From Trypethelium eluteriae (taxonomy: Eukaryota), in contig JAVECL010000127.1 of the NCBI GenBank assembly GCA_051942245.1, positions 1 to 47,709 of the forward strand: a DNA stretch of 47,709 nucleotides. Reading direction: 5' to 3'. A program made the position numbers and the translations under genes. The notes under the pieces were generated by a model that saw nothing but the letters and a program-made list of their open reading frames with translations, searched no databases and was not told where the DNA came from. Positions 46,338-47,709 of the stretch are shown here, piece after piece (the first letter of the stretch is position 1; each line of letters begins with the position of its first letter).

Positions 46338-47709
46338 ATGAGCTCATGGCTACCTCCGAGGTGCTTTAGAAAACCAGTACGTCCATTGAGGCTATTCCGG
46401 ACCATTTCCACCACATCAAGTCGCCGACAATCGGATCATGTACGAATAGTCGAAGTTGGTCCACGCGATGGGCTGCAGAACGAGAAGCAGACGATTCCCC
46501 TGAACACCAAGATTGAGCTATGTGAAAGATTAGTAGGAACCGGTCTGAAGACAGTAGAGGCTGGATCTTTCGTTGCTCCAAAATGGGTACCGCAAGTACG
46601 CGTGCCAGAGGGTTCTTCGCACTCAATAGCCTCGAAGACGTTGGGAACGTGCTGATAATAATTAAACAGATGGATAACTCAAATAACATACTAGAACACG
46701 TTTTGCAAACCCCACCTTCCGCATCTCATGATGTTTCCTATCAATGGCTGCTCCCCAATCAAAAGGGTCTCGACAGGTTTTTAGCAACTTGCGAGGCATT
46801 TTCTCAAAGCTTTGGTGGTAATTCAGCTAGGAGAGCCCGAGGTGAAACAGACCAAGGACCAGCCCTCAATACCTCAGCACAAGATCCGAATGAAATGCCC
46901 TCCAGCACCTCTGGCGCTGAAGCAATGGCTTCATATCCAACCCCGCCGCCATCACCCTCCCCTACCAACGATCAAGGTCCCTCTCTAAACACTTCCACCC
47001 AAGATCCCAACGCCATGCCGTCCTCCACCCGTGGTCTCCCCAGCACCTCCCCCAACTCCTCCACCTTCTCCTTTCCCCCTAACACCAGTCACGAGATCTC
47101 TCTCTTCTGCGCCGCCACCGAATCCTTCTCCCACCGCAATACCAACTGCAGCATCGCCGAGTCCCTCTCCCGCTTCCGGCCTCTCATCACCACCGCCAAG
47201 TCGCACGGCCTCAAAGCCCGCGCCTACATCTCCGTCGCGCTCGGCTGCCCCTTCGAGGGCCCCGACGCCCCCTCCCCCACCACCGTCGCCGACATCGCGA
47301 CGAGCCTGCTCGAGATGGGCGCCGACGAGATCAGCGTCGCGGACACGACGGGCATGGGGACTGCGCCGCGGACGGAGGCGCTGCTGAAGGCGCTGAGCGC
47401 GGCGGGCGTGCGGACGGAGGACTTGGCGCTGCATTTTCATGACACGTATGGGATGGCGTTGGTGAATGCGCTGGTTTCGCTCAATCATGGGGTGCGGGTT
47501 TTTGATGCTGCGGTTGGGGGGTTGGGTGGATGTCCGTTTAGTCCGGGGGCGACGGGCAATGTGGCGACGGAGGAGATGGTGTACTTCATGGAGAGCTTGG
47601 GCCTGAGGACAGGGGTAGACTTGGGAGAGGTCGCGAGGATAGGAGAGTGGATAAGTGGGGAGCTAGGGCGGGATTACAGGGTTGGGAGTCGGGTGGGGAA
47701 GGCGAAGCT
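46338..47709 (+). CDS. HMGCL: Hydroxymethylglutaryl-CoA lyase, mitochondrial; 3' end runs off the window
   Basis: Presequence, VRIVEVGPRDGLQNEK, EAGSFVAPKWVPQM, ADTTGMG, HFHDTYG, GLGGCPFSPGATGNVATE. Intron 46596-46669. An alternative in-frame ATG lies at 46275. Confidence 0.95.
46850..47035 (+). repeat. Diverged 66-nt internal duplication in HMG-CoA lyase (46850-46915 and 46970-47035)
   Basis: DQGPALNTSAQDPNEMPSSTSG versus DQGPSLNTSTQDPNAMPSSTRG. Confidence 0.9.

Noticed and set aside
43909..47709. FAD monooxygenase plus HMG-CoA lyase as a secondary-metabolite cluster
   Set aside because: No PKS, NRPS, terpene synthase, transporter or cluster transcription factor is visible, and the flanking genes are housekeeping.

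Overview
Gene-dense nuclear DNA from a filamentous ascomycete (Pezizomycotina-like), with short GT-AG introns carrying CTRAY branch sites and the standard code. About 18 protein-coding loci can be reconstructed by hand. Housekeeping genes: dynactin p150 (partial), peroxisomal ABC half-transporter PXA2, mitochondrial GrpE, a Uds1-domain protein, RPB3, calcipressin, mitochondrial dicarboxylate carrier, mitochondrial PheRS, a Ddp1/Aps1 Nudix hydrolase, ATE1, RPS8, DPH1 and HMG-CoA lyase (partial). Accessory-type genes: an M14 carboxypeptidase interrupted by one in-frame TAG, a beta-lactamase-fold hydrolase, a secreted SnoaL-like protein, an orphan kinase with a TPR-like tail and an FAD monooxygenase. 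No intact transposon, rRNA, complete tRNA or CRISPR array was recognised. The most interesting unexplained signals are: (1) a ~420-nt intergenic segment (12900-13325) that folds into a nested multi-stem RNA whose non-Watson-Crick pairs are almost all G-U on the + strand, a candidate unannotated structured ncRNA; (2) recurring GC-rich islands with a C-rich-to-G-rich strand-skew flip that ignores gene orientation; (3) a strongly over-represented intergenic 9-mer, TACGGAGTA; (4) a protein-conserved 22-aa duplicated motif inside the HMG-CoA lyase insertion. Exon boundaries were inferred by eye and gene names come from recognised motifs, not database searches.
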